Shown here piece after piece: positions 13,393 through 26,195 of a stretch of DNA of 64,000 bases (position 1 is its first letter; every line of letters begins with the position of its first letter). The notes under the pieces are model-generated. The model ran no database searches. It was not told the DNA's origin and worked only from the letters and a program-made list of their open reading frames with translations. The stretch comes from Nemertoderma westbladi (Eukaryota > Animalia > Xenacoelomorpha). The translations under genes were made by a program, and so were the position numbers. Location: positions 1-64,000 of the forward strand of contig JAUCBJ010000015.1 in assembly GCA_032718475.1 (NCBI GenBank). Reading direction: 5' to 3'.

Positions 13393-13499
13393 TTTATTTT
13401 CTGTTCACTAATCATTTGAAATACAGCAGTTCATTGGGCCGTTAGGGTAGTGTAGTGTATTATTTACTGTTACTCCATTAACAGTAATAAGCCTGATTT

Positions 13500-16400
13500 G
13501 TGTTCGCAACGGACAAGGTAAGGAAGATGCTAGCCGACTCTGGTAGCATTGGAAGGGAAGGGTTAGCAGAACTTAGAAAAGGGTATAACTCAGCATTGTT
13601 TAAGCAGACTGAGGAGCTTGCAGTCCTAGCGAAGAGAGCAGTAGAGTCCCAGTTGGGTGACATAGCGACGAGGGTATACAATAAGGCTCTAGCAACCTTA
13701 TTAGAGCACCGCGCATTGTCAGAGCGATTCCGACAGGTTAGGATGGAAAATTGGTTGCTATGGAGTTGGAGAATTGCAGGCGACTCAGGTGAGTGATGCG
13801 GAGTTAAGGAACCTAGTGGAATTAGAAGATAATCAAGATAAGAAGGAGCGCAGATACCAGAGGGAAGTCACCAATTGGTTGATACAGTGGAGTAGTAGTA
13901 CCAGGTGAGGTGCTGCCGACGACGGAGAATATCCAGCGGAGGATGCTTACTCTGCCTGACGATGCATCCAGAGACAGTGGAGACTCGCAGGTTAGTCATG
14001 CGCGAGGAAACGTCATATGCGCCAGATCCATTGTTTCTCACAACTCCGCACAAGAAAGATGATGCCAGTTAGAAGAACAACAACAATAAATTTTACGTGT
14101 AGCGGAGGCAAGGAAAGAGACTTAGAAAGAGAAGAGTGGACAAGGAAGGCGAATGAAATTGCCGAAAGGGGTAAGCGAATGATTGAAGAGTGTGGGGCGA
14201 GTGTAGGTACCGAGTTGCGCGACCTATTCGCGCAACAAAAGGCTGAACAAGAGGCGAGATCTCCAGTTATAGATGAGTCACCGTTGACAAGAATTCCTAT
14301 ACCTGGTCCGACTATTACGAGTACTCAGATCGCGAAACCATTTTCTGCATATCGCACAAGGGGGCTCAAGCTCAAGAGGGCGCTCCATGAGTAAACTATT
14401 ATCGTGACTCAGGCGAGTTTATAGAAGAAACTCCTAGAGGACGAACATCGGGCGAACCAAACCCATGGGTTTGGAATACAATAATAGAAAACTTCCGGGT
14501 TAAACTGGAAGAAGGATCATATGAAAGACAACGGCTTACCCAAATAGAGCCAACAGCTCAGCGGAACCCTAGTCAGGAATTTATTACGAGGGAGGAGTTA
14601 AGCTCCAGTCTAGCACAAGCTATATCGCCGCATATCCAACCTATAACGTACATGCTTAGCAACCTGCAGCTAAGAGAAGCAGCCCAGGTAAGGACTAATT
14701 CTAATCCCAGAAGGCAAGAACAAGATGAAGCCCAGTCTGGAGCAAGAGTACACAAATTGGAAGCAACAATACCACAAAGACCTCAGGTAAGAACACCCAT
14801 TCCTACAATCCGTAATCCCGATTTCTTGCATTCGGATGAGAAATTTATAGAAGAAGCTTGGGTTAGAGCTTCAGCATGTAAACCAATACGAGCGCCGAGA
14901 AACAACACCGACTCGAGTGATGAAGAGGAGGATTTAAGACGTCAGAAATCCTATAACCAGAAGGGAGGAAAGTCTATGGTAGAGCAGGTAAGTATAAACC
15001 CTCGAGAAGTGGCCAGACTTGACAACCCTACAGAGTTAACCAACTTATTAACCCGGAATGATGCCACCCTTCGGGACATTGGTAAGTTTGCCGCCAGGCA
15101 GGGATTGCCGGCGCAACAACCCCAGAAGTTTATGGGCAACCATAAACATTGGAGGACATTTAAGACGTATGTCGACGAGCAGTTGACCAACAGTACCTTT
15201 ACCCCCAATGAAAAATTCAATTACCTATTACAAATGCTCTATCGAGAACCAAGAGCCATTGCCGATATCTTTGTCGGCAATGAAAGAGCATTTGAACTAG
15301 CTATGAAGACACTTAGCGACATTTACTGGAATAATACCAAAATGGCGCAGTCGATAGTGGAAGATTTGGGTAAGGGCGGAAAAATTACGACCCCATTAGA
15401 GCTGTTGAACTTATCCAACGCCATCTCAAACGCCCTAGATATTTTAAAGATGGTGAATCTACCACATTATGGTGATCATGCAGAGGTTTTGAAGAGCATA
15501 ATAAACCGCCTGAACTTTTGTTATCGGCAAAAATGGTGAAAATTAGAGAACAAACTAGAGGGTCAGGACAAAGTGTTAACGCTCAGACACATCCACGACA
15601 TGATAGCCACAAACGCGGTAGCAGAGATGAAGTCGAACTTCTCAGAAGAGAACATGAGAGAGACCAAGCCTGCTTTTGGAAGGTCAATGGTGAGTTTCGA
15701 TGAAGACAAACCAACTATGACGTTCAATTCGATCGACAAATACAATCCTAGTACCCCTGTCTTTAGACCAGACTCACGAGTATGGTCAGGTGAGAAGTCA
15801 GATAGACCCACAAAACAACAGGAGTTGCCGAACGGAGTTGTAGGATGTCAATTCTGCTTACTAAAGGAAGTGTGATCAGACGATCACAAGTTAGACAGCT
15901 GTAGATGCTTCAAGGAGCTGAGCTCAGAACAGCGAAGGGTTCAAGTGCGGTCATTAGACAGCTGTTGGGAATGTCTTGCTCCAGGTCATGTATGATGCCA
16001 GTATCCGAATAGTAAAGACAGATGTGTGGAGTGTGGTAGTCTACACCATAAACTGCTACACGCCGATTTCCATACTCCTACGAATCGTTATCTACAGGAA
16101 AACTCGGATATAAGGAGAGGTAAGAGCCTTGTCACAAGGCATAATAGCACATTTACTACCATCGATGATGATGGTTATCAACCGGGCTCCTCAGACAAAG
16201 AAAACGAGGTAAGTCAGGAGAACGTAACATGTCAAGGGTTCACCGCCATTGGCTTTGAAGAACGGTCAAATATCGCAAGGACGTATTTGTCATCAGCCAC
16301 GTCAGAGATATTCATCATGACACTGGTAAAACTTACTGGAGACAAAGGATCAAAACACATCTACGTGATGTTAAACACCACGTCAACATTATCCTACATC

Positions 16401-17256
16401 GACGAAGAAGTTGCGAGAGCCGTTTCTAGCTTCCATGATGCGGAAGAGGTTAAGGCATAATAGCACATTTACTACCATCGATGATGATGGTTATCAACCG
16501 GGCTCCTCAGACAAAGAAAACGAGGTAAGTCAGGAGAACGTAACATGTCAAGGGTTCACCGCCATTGGCTTTGAAGAACGGTCAAATATCGCAAGGACGT
16601 ATTTGTCATCAGCCACGTCAGAGATATTCATCATGACACTGGTAAAACTTACTGGAGACAAAGGATCAAAACACATCTACGTGATGTTAAACACCGCGTC
16701 AACATTATCCTACATCGACGAAGAAGTTGCGAGAGCCGTTTCTAGCTTCCATGATGCGGAAGAGGTTAAGATAGAGTTGAAATCCATGCATGGGGTAGGG
16801 GAAGTCAAGGGACATAAGATTTCTGTGACATTGGATTCCTTACTTCCATGAGATGCCCATACAGATGAAGAAAGGGAAGCATTGCCGCTAGATGGTCTCA
16901 ATTGCGTAGCTATGAAGGGATTCGGGAGGCAACTAGGTAAGATGCCACTGATGAATCCCTTAGCATAGGAGTATTTTGACAGCCTCGGAGTGCCGTCTAA
17001 AATATGTAAGCTAGGCTATCAAAATGTGACTATGTTAATTGGAGCTGAACAGCTAATTGCGCACCAAATATGGGAAACAGCACCGACTAAACCGGATGTA
17101 AACGGGCCACATGCCCACAGGACTATATTAGGTTGGTATACGCGAGTACCCATCGCGTACGAGTTCCCAAGTAGCTATGGCTACAAGCTGAGTGGTGGAT
17201 GCGAAGATGCGCAAACTATACAAAATCAAATCAAAATCAGGTATATTTCCTTCTGA
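13500..17256 (+). pseudogene. Disrupted BEL/Pao gag-protease polyprotein
   Basis: Pao gag (DUF1759-like) segment PQKFMGNHKHWRTF...EKFNYLLQML...AFELAMKTLSDIY (14652-15539); Cys/His boxes CQFC..H....C, CWECLAPGH, CVECGSLHHKLLH (~15845-16060); protease-like YVMLNTASTLSYI (catalytic D to N) and MLIGAE...GPHAHRTILGW; several in-frame stops and frameshifts. Confidence 0.88.
16136..16770 (+). repeat. 316-bp tandem duplication within the protease region
   Basis: AAGGCATAATAGCACATTT... starts at 16136 and at 16452; copies near-identical; AAG microhomology at the junction. Confidence 0.93.
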
Positions 17257-17671
17257 TATCTCAAACTGCACCTTTTAACGATTACATTAACAATTTAGTG
17301 GAAGAATGAAAGTGCGCTGCTGTAGCCGGACATACATACAACAGACGTCTCTATACTCACGTGAGTCCGTAGACCCTCCCGATATAGATGTCTCAAGAAG
17401 AGATTGTAAGGATCATGATGAAACCACTAGTGACTCGAAGGAGGAGTTATGTTCTGATAACAACCAAGAAGAACTGAGTTATTGCACAGAAACGGATAGT
17501 GACTATACCCCTGAGGATTATATCCGATTTCAGCGCGTATATGGTTTTACAAAGAAAGAACAGAGTTTAACGGACACAGAACGTTTCTAAGTGATGTCAT
17601 TGCATATACCTACATAACAGAGGGTCAGGTAGCAAAGTGTCGGAACTTAGATACGTCTCAAGTAGGTGTTG

Positions 17672-17810
17672 AGGAGCGGCCTAGAGACTCATTGGAGCGG
17701 CCTAAGGACTCATTGGAGCGGCCTAGAGACTCATTGGAGCGACCTAAATACTCAATAGAGCAGCCTGAAAAGTCATTGGAATGGCCTGAAAAGTCATTGG
17801 GGCGGCCTAT
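17672..17810 (+). repeat. 21-bp coding-type repeat (ERPKDSL-like, ~6 copies) in the BEL internal region
   Basis: GAGCGGCCTAGAGACTCATTG and variants in ORF 17692-18066. Confidence 0.8.
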
Positions 17811-18752
17811 AGACTTCTTGGACCAAGAGACATACGTGACCACAAGATCTGGAAGGGTTAGTTATGACATAAAGCCACCCCTACAGATTGTGCAAGCAGC
17901 TCAAGGGACACAGATAGTAAGTAACAGACAAGAAACGACCACACCAGTGGGGCCTTCGGTTTACAAATCTGCGGATTTGGATTCGAAGATTCCGTCAGTG
18001 GGATCGCAATTGTCACCAACACGCATTGAGACAGGAGACTATAACTTGTCTTCTGCCTCAAAATAAAATTAGTGTCAGTAACGCAAATTCACTTCGTATG
18101 CATTCCTCGTATGCGAATACTCGGAAATGCATAGGAATGGGCTTGTGGTGAATTGCGTTTGAAAATGTGCTTGGTGGATATCAAATAAAATTTTTTTTGG
18201 CATTTGAAAGTTTGAAAGTCAAAAAATTATATTGACAGTTGTACCCAAGACAAATTCAAATGTAGAATAAACATGTGAGTGAACATGTTTATAAGAGTAT
18301 AGTAATTTTGAAAGTCGTGAAAGCCTGGAACAAAGTATCTAAACACCATGGTTATAGCTATTATATTTAGGAGTGTAAATTGAGTTCAGTAGATTCCACA
18401 GATTGGTGCCAACAGTACAACAACCAAAGGTGCTAAAGGTTAGTAGCACCAGGGGCGTACACAGACCCCACTCAGTAGGTCGCAGTGGAGAGAGGTGTTC
18501 GATAATCAAACCCGTGGGTTTGGTATAGCGCCCCAGATAATATCCGTTCTAACAACTGTATTCTAGTACAAGTATTGGGGAGTAGTTTGGGCATCAAAAA
18601 GTGAGTCGGTGACGGCCAGTTTATCTCCGAAGTTTTGCGCTATGCATGGGAATAGATAGAAGGTAGCCTAGGAATGAGACAGGATCTAAGGAGCCGAACC
18701 TGAACTGCTGGAAGGCGAGCCGGATAGCTCGGGATGTCGAGCCAAGACTGGT

Positions 18753-19525
18753 ATGGGTTTTATAGCTCATTTATTATATAATTGGGATTTCAAGTTGAAG
18801 ACGCAAAAGAAGTATGAGGAGGCGTATGGTGAATATAATGCGCCGCCGGGAGCTGAGTTCAAATCCCATTTCAAGCGGCAAGTGTTGGTATATTGGAACA
18901 TTTGCGCACCACCTCATGCTTCGTTGCAGTATTATTTAGTGTTGGAGTCAAACATGGTAACTTGCCTGATTACGGACATAGTCGCAAGAGTTTTGAAGCG
19001 CTATCCATTGGTGTTTGGAGGAGAACAATACATCAGATCGAAGGGAGAAATTCAGTCCGTTGTGATGAAGCGTTTCTTAACCCTGTTCTTCAACCAATCT
19101 TTGGATAACACATCGATGGTCAGAAAGGGATTAGCGATATTCGAGGGAGTATACCGACAGAATATTGGAGACTTGGGAGATCGACCTTCCATGGAGTACC
19201 CAACGCCAGGGGCGATTGGAGGATGGCGGCCATCCAATATAGAAATGAATTCATATTAACTCATATTCGTTTGGGGTCGTTAACCACCGAAAGGATAGAG
19301 GAGCAAAGACCCAACGCGCCCACAGCGACGCGGCAAATGGGGCGAGGCCGAGGAAGGAGCGTTAGTCGGGAATTCGTTAGCGCCCAAGGATCGTCTTCAT
19401 CGCCAGTCCCGGGAAGCGACGCCTCCAGGACGCCATTGACGGAATCTGCCGGGGGCAGATTGGTGTATCTGGGATGGGGCCGGAAAAGAGGAGTGAGTCC
19501 AAGAGACCCAGGAGCCAGTCGTTGA
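18753..19525 (+). pseudogene. Orphan second ORF region of the LTR element (168 aa plus an overlapping 100-aa Arg/Gly-rich frame), unknown function
   Basis: GC-richer, codon-like segment between the gag-PR tail and the 3' LTR; no RT, integrase or envelope motifs recognised. Confidence 0.4.
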
Positions 19526-20209
19526 TGCCACATAACATCGAGGAACGACAAACTGTAAACATATACATTATCGTCGCTCTGATGTATATTGTAGGCTACA
19601 ATTGTATATCCGACTGGACTCATATACACATATAGAATTATTTGTTCTAAAATGTATTGAAAGAGGCAAAGGAAGTGATTGGGGAGACAATCCCGCGGGT
19701 TTGGCTTACTCCTTTCACTTACCTGAGCAATCATCCAACTTAAGGGTGATTGCGTTTTTTATACATTAAGTAAAGATTCCAAAATGAAAGAAATGATTAC
19801 GTATTTTTATATTTAGTTTTGACTATCGGCCTAAAATGCAATAATAATATTTAGTCAAAAATTTAGCCTCAAATATGCTTTATATTTTATATTTTTGTTC
19901 TTTGTTATAATTGTTCGTTATAATTTGAGATGGGAAATGGGGGACATTGTCCTAGCCATGTTCCATTTCAACAAGTATATAAATTGTTAATTTGTAAATA
20001 TATTAAGAAAGTATATTTTGTAATCTAATTGTATTAATTTGTACATAATTATCATTATGCAATAACAATGGCAATATTTGTACGTAATTATTAGAATTAT
20101 TAGAACCGAGTTGTTTAATTTGTTTGAAAGTAAAATTTTATTTGTTATTTCACACCGCCATATTTCTTCTACAATTGGAGAGAAACATTACTTGTTTCCC
20201 TTGGAGTGG

Positions 20210-22070
20210 TGTTACGATATATGGTGTCCTGTACTAGAACAGCCCATCATACAGTATAAACTGATTAGATAAGTTATATTGATGTACAGCCGTCGTTAGA
20301 TAAGGAAAATAAAATACACGAGTTCATTATATTCAACTGATTTGTACAGTATGTAGCCTTATGTATGTAATTTTTATAATAAAACCTTAGCGTATTAATT
20401 TACGGTGGCAAACTTTTATAAAACATTAATACGAATTTGCCGTTTATTGATAATAGTTGAACCCAATGTGTATTTGTATTAATTCAATGCGTATTTCCCT
20501 ATAAACTGATGTTATACTAAATTAACGCTAAAATGTGCTTTAATAATCACGAAATTAATGTTATGGCAATAGACCTATAAGCCCACCAAGACAGATTTAT
20601 TACCATATATGGTAATGATTTGAGATCCCGGGAGGCACAGGGCCATAATCCAGGTCTCCCATTGGTTTAGTTTAGATATTTAGGTTGGTTTAACAGTAAG
20701 TAGGATTTTGCTGGACCAGTGATATAAACATTGCGTCATACCTATTTTTTGTTCTCTTATTCACTTCTTGATCTTCGTTAATGTTCGCTAAATGATTAAT
20801 GATTCTTACATTTTCTGTCGTTGTAAAATTGTTAATCCTGCTACTTTAGTTAATTGCAAATGCTGATTTCTGCTGTTATGCTTGCTTGATTGATTATTGA
20901 CTGACTGACTCTTGATTTCTTTAATCTTTGCGATGTAGCAAATCCTTATATAGACTTTCCTTTCAACTGTCAAACTGTTTGTAAACGCATGAGCCGATAC
21001 GGTAATTGTTCGCTTTAGCATGACGGGCTAAGGGTACCGACCGGTAGGCGTCGCGGGCACACTGTGGAAGCGACAGAAGGAGGAGTGGAGGATCCAATGT
21101 GGGGCAACACTGGCGGGGGCCAGTAGTTGTGGTCGGGCAAATAAAAGTAGAGGACCGGGGACAGGTCGTCATTACGGCCTTTGGGGGCTGGCGAACAAGA
21201 TTTCGTCTCATTATTGTTTGGCTGTAGCGCTGTTTTAATGGGTTTAGCTAGGAAGACCGCATTTAGCTTGGGTGGCCTTGGCTTATTACACTAGTGCTAC
21301 GCCAGTGCTACAAACGCCACTAACACTGTTAATGTATTGGTGGTTTAACTGTTGTAAATGCTGTTTTTTATGTTGTGTTGTTTAGAAAGTGCCTAATCCT
21401 TGATTGTGATGTTTAGATAGGCGCTATTCTCTTGATTGTTTCTGTTTTCTATTTATGCTTGTTAAATTACTGTTAGGTCAAATAATACGGTATTTAGGCT
21501 GTCTTTAGTGTAGCCCAGTAACGTAACTAATTAGCGTTACAAATTCTGGAATACCTAATAAATTAGTTTGCAACCCCATACATTTGAGTAAATGTAGTTT
21601 ATGATAGTATTTAGAATAAAATTAAGAGTTTGTACGCTGCATAGCGGAGAATAGCTTGGGTAGATTACGTTTAGAAATACTTTAGGATATTCGAAGCTAG
21701 GCGGTTATTTGAAAGTAGCAGGTTTACAGCGGTACCGGTAGCTAGGGTAGCGCAGTAGTGATATCGCTGAGTTAAATCAGCGCAGGGTCAAAGTTTCGAC
21801 ATTAGGAAATTAATACCCCACCTTTTGCATATTAAAATATTCTCACATTCAACATTGTTCCGCCCAGTAAACTGCCTGTATTTCTCTGTGGAAAGTGAAC
21901 GACGAGTGCTAAGTCACCCGCACTCATATTAAGTACCTTAGGAAGCCAAATCGGATTTATTGTTTTGGTTGTTCTGTTTGACTTATAAATTAGAACGATT
22001 AGCTCTCTGTTGGGATTTCGACAGAGAAAGGATGTAGTGTATGATTGGCAGAGCCGTATATAGTTTAACA
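20210..22070 (+). repeat. 3' LTR (1861 bp)
   Basis: TGTTACGATA...TAGTTTAACA; preceded by a short purine-rich GGAGTGG (putative PPT); followed by TSD CTATT. Confidence 0.95.
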
Positions 22071-22786
22071 CTATTCCTAAACCATTTGGTTTAACATATT
22101 TGACGACATATAATTTTATCAGTAGGCCAAGCAGTTGTGGAATTATGTATGCTACACTGTTTAATTATATTTTGAGTCAATATGTTAGAGGAAGAACGAA
22201 ACGGGGATGCAGTAAAAGTAGGCCTATACTGGGCAGGTTTGTTTCACTTTGTCTCAGTGCGCTAGACTGCCATTATATAAATTTAAATTTCCCGCCTTAG
22301 CAGCCTTTTCCCTCTACCGACCTGCTTGCCTCACTGAAAAAATGTCTCTCATTTATCTAGCTACTAAATCATGTTGACTTATACGATTCAACAGGAAAAC
22401 CACTAAAATATTCAGTTTGCACTAAATACAATAACTACTGTAAATAACTAAAATTATACTGTATATTAATTATAAATTAGTGATTGTAGTATAAGTAGTG
22501 ACAACGCTCAAATACTGTAAAACCCAAAATCTGGAGAAAATGAGTACATTTTTCCTTCGGGACTTTCTTAAATTTTATTACATGTGTTGAAAGAGGATCG
22601 AAGTAGAAAGGGTTGCAAGTAACTTGAGCAAAACCCACGCACTGCACACACTCAAACGTTATTACAATACCTTCAATTCTACGGCGTACTGTACACCAAA
22701 ACCCAATTGAAAAATCAAATTGGTTTATGTAGTTAAGCTGCTCTCTAAATACGTACTAAATGTTCGAGAACACTAAATTATTTAAT

Positions 22787-24860
22787 GGCTCATTCCAAAG
22801 TAAAGTACGGGACATTCGTACACAATTTTGAACTTTGATTGCCTTTACAATGTTATCCACAGCAGCACATATGTGCACAAAATTGTGCTTGGATTGAACT
22901 TTCGAATATCAGCTTTGATTTCGCGAAGCTTATGGCGGGACTTAGTCACTTTTGAGAAAACACCAGTTTGTCCAATTAAGGTAAAGTACGGATTCGAACG
23001 AAATGGTTTTTTTTTATTTTATGATTTCAATTCTAAAATTTAGCGAATTGTGCGCAGGTACGGTGTTGAGTTGATGTTTAGGATAAAGCTGTATTATTAA
23101 GCTTAAATAAAAACAAAAATATCAGACGAATTGCTACATTGCTAATTTTTTACAGTCTGGTGTGTGTGGTAAAGTATGGGACATTGCTAAGTAAAGTACG
23201 GGACCTGTACGAATTTTATGGTTAAAATGGTCTCTTACACTTAACCTAACAGTAATTTCTGGAGAATTAGTGATAATAAAGTGCAACTAAGTATTTCCAA
23301 CCAAGATATGGATGCAAAATGTGGGGTGACCCACAAATTGACCCGAAATCTTAGCATATGGGTGCCGTTGAGGAGTTGTCTGTCATCTGTCTAATTTTTG
23401 ATCGCTAATACTGTATAACTCAGTCATTTATAGATGAAATTAAACCAAACTTGGTACGTATGAAGTCTGTCAAAAGTTTGGAAATAATCTGAAGTTTAAG
23501 GAATCAAAGGTCACATATCAGACATTCTGTCTGTTAATTGGTACCGATAGTTTCAAAATTTTGATAAAAACCGAAATAAGTCCGCCAATCATTGATGAAA
23601 TACTGTATAACCTAACTTGGTACACATGTATTCTTTGAAAAGTTTAGAAATTCTTTCCATTTTTCTAAAAATGTATCAATTACTGTACTTAGGCCTACTG
23701 ATCTTCTTATCTGTTAAAAAACTAAATTTTTTGAAATTTGTTGTAAAGTACGGGACTTTACATGCATAAACTCAAAGATTAGTTAACTGAGGAATGATTC
23801 TTAGTTCAAATACATACTTCTATGCTTCCCACTACTATCACCCTAAAGCATTATAACACTCCTGCCCTCCAGGTTTCATATATTACATTAATACAGTGCA
23901 CTAAAATGTAATCGCCATTATAATGGTAAAGTATGGAACAATTTTCAATTGGCCGTGATCCGTGAACTACAGGTAATTGTTTCTTAAGATGACGCAACAC
24001 AAACGTGCTTTGCATTCCACTGGGTGATTGGGCTGAGTTAGACTACTGCTCTGTGTATAAATTAAAATTTCACTATTTTTTGGTAAAGTATGGGACTTTA
24101 CATGCATAAACCCAAAGATTTCTTGACTGAGGAATGATTCTCAGTTCAAATATAGACTCATATTCTTACGACCGACTATGACCTTAGAGTATTATAACAC
24201 TCCTGGCTTCACATATTACATTAATACTGTGCACTAATATAATCGCCATTTTAATGGTAAAGTATGGGACAATTTTCAATTGGCCGCCATGATATTTCTG
24301 AGGGAGTGAAGATGAAACTAATTGTTTTATACGATGACGCAACACAAACGTGCTTTGCATTCCACTGGGTGATTAGGCTGAGTTACATCTCTGTGAATAA
24401 ACTAAAAATTTCACTATTTTAGGTAAAGTATGGGACATCACAAGATTAACTTCATCGATTTCATTACAGAGGAATTAAACACTGGTGAAATTAAATGAAA
24501 CCAAAAAAATTCGAAAATGGGTTTGTTTTTGATTTGGTACATGCTCAGAAATGTTCATTTATTGGTCATAGGAAATGCCTACAAGAAACGAAACTTTTGC
24601 ACACTTTTATTCACATTTTGTGCAGAGCAGGTGCATAATTTGTAATTCGACTATTTTTGAGAAACCACCTGTGTTGATACAATTTTAGTTTTTTAGAGTT
24701 TTTTTTTTTAGTTTTTTTGTTTAGATTTTAGTTATTTGATACAAGTTTAGCACTGAATTCAGGAAGTACGATAAATTTTGACCTAAAAGAAGTATAAATT
24801 CAAAGCTACATCTCATTTTTCGAAATTAGTGGGGAGGTTGACCTTTTCATGGAATGAGCC
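22787..24860. mobile_element. Non-autonomous TIR DNA transposon, 2074 bp, 11-bp TIR and 4-bp TSD (superfamily uncertain; a 4-bp TSD is compatible with Sola)
   Basis: GGCTCATTCCA (22787-22797) / TGGAATGAGCC (24850-24860); TAAT on both sides; ~9 internal copies of GTAAAGTAYGGGAC; internal ~340-bp duplication (~23743-24080 and ~24083-24437); no ORF. Confidence 0.8.
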
Positions 24861-24980
24861 TAATATTGAGTAAGGCAGCATATCAGGAGTTGAAGCATGG
24901 CCTACTATATATACAGTAGGCCTACGGCCTAACATTTTGTCGATGTGGCTTAAAAAAAGAGGCCAGTTTTATTTTACATT

Positions 24981-25404
24981 GGCCCGGTTTCATAAAGTTG
25001 TCGTAGAGTTAACGAATGCTTACGTTATCGTAAATTTGGAAGTTACGACAACACGAATACGTTTGGCTGTTTCACAACGTTATCGTTATTTTATGCCTTT
25101 ATTTATTTATTTTATGCCTTTATGCAATGCAATAAAGAACCACTAGCCAATGAGATACTCTGGTTGCGTAGTAACTTTAAAATATCTGTATCGTAAATAC
25201 AATTTTCGTTATCGCAAAAGCGGATAACGTTAACGAATCTTTCGTTAAGTCAATTTACGTTATCGTAGCTACGACAACCTTTACGACAAGGTTGTGAAAC
25301 GATGTTATTCACTTGTATTTCTTACGTCAAGAACATGAAACTTACGACAAGGATTTCACATTGCGTTAACGTGTAACTTTACGATAAGATTATGAAACCG
25401 GGCC
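24981..25404. mobile_element. MITE, ~424 bp, PIF/Harbinger-like
   Basis: ~31-bp imperfect TIR GGCCCGGTTTCATAA...TCGTARAGTTA; flanking trinucleotides ATT/ACT (imperfect 3-bp TSD); internal TTACGA/TCGTAA motifs. Confidence 0.8.
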
Positions 25405-25948
25405 ACTACTTTGATATTCTGATATGGGGAGAGTTCTATAAATTTTCATTTGCTGCAATTTGGTCAATGGACGTAATTGAAGTCTCTTCGTTAAGCAAGA
25501 TACTAAATTTTATGGTAGCTAGTGTTTTAGATAGGTTTAGCTAGTAATTTCAACACTGGTTCCGACATCCTACTTCCCTCTATAAATATTTTGTAGGAGC
25601 TATTTCTTATTACTATTTGTATAGAAAATGTTCCAGAACATGTTAGCTATTCATTTTTAAAAAAGTTATGTTCTAGTACAAATATTTTTTGTTCTAGAAC
25701 ATTTTTTAGAAAAAAATCTGGATTCTATTTAAAAACGCATGGAATCGTTCTAAAACGTGTTTAAAATCAATAAAGGGCCATTGTAGGCCATGGTTGAAGA
25801 GTACAATAATTTGAATCGCAGTAACGATGGAAGCAATAACCTAAATACTACAGTTCAATTTATTTCGTAACACTATATCGCTCTATCTTTCTGTCTTTCA
25901 TTACAGAATTAAGCAACAAAAAAGTACCAATTTAAGAATAAAATTACG

Positions 25949-26195
25949 TATTGCCTGAGAAAAAAAACGTAGAACATTTTTTTCAATATTCTCACGGCCC
26001 ATTATTAACCTCGCTGGCGCTCGATTGATGAAATGCCCTGAGAATAGTGAAAAATAGTTATACATTTTTCCCAAGTAATAAATAATTATTTTTCAATATT
26101 CTCTTGACCCTTTATTAACCTTGCTGGCACTCGGTAATTAAAATGCCTCGAAAATAGTTAAAAATAAAAACGCTCTACTTTTCCTATGTAATAAA
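25949..26195. repeat. Two adjacent copies of a short palindromic element
   Basis: Both have TTTTTCAATATTCTC...TATTAACCTYGCTGGCRCTCG...AAATGCC...AATAGT...TTTTCC....GTAATAAATAAT, with self-complementary arms. Confidence 0.65.

Larger units (their letters stand above)
11508..22070 (+). mobile_element. BEL/Pao-superfamily LTR retrotransposon, 10.56 kb, decayed and apparently non-autonomous (Gag-protease, no RT/RH/IN seen)
   Basis: Two ~1.87-kb direct repeats with TGTTA...TAACA termini; perfect 5-bp TSD CTATT (11503-11507 and 22071-22075); Pao-type gag, triple Cys/His box and protease motifs inside; rejoining the flanks restores TAGGCCTATTCCTAAACC, which resembles a neighbouring local repeat at ~11333. 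Confidence 0.95.
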
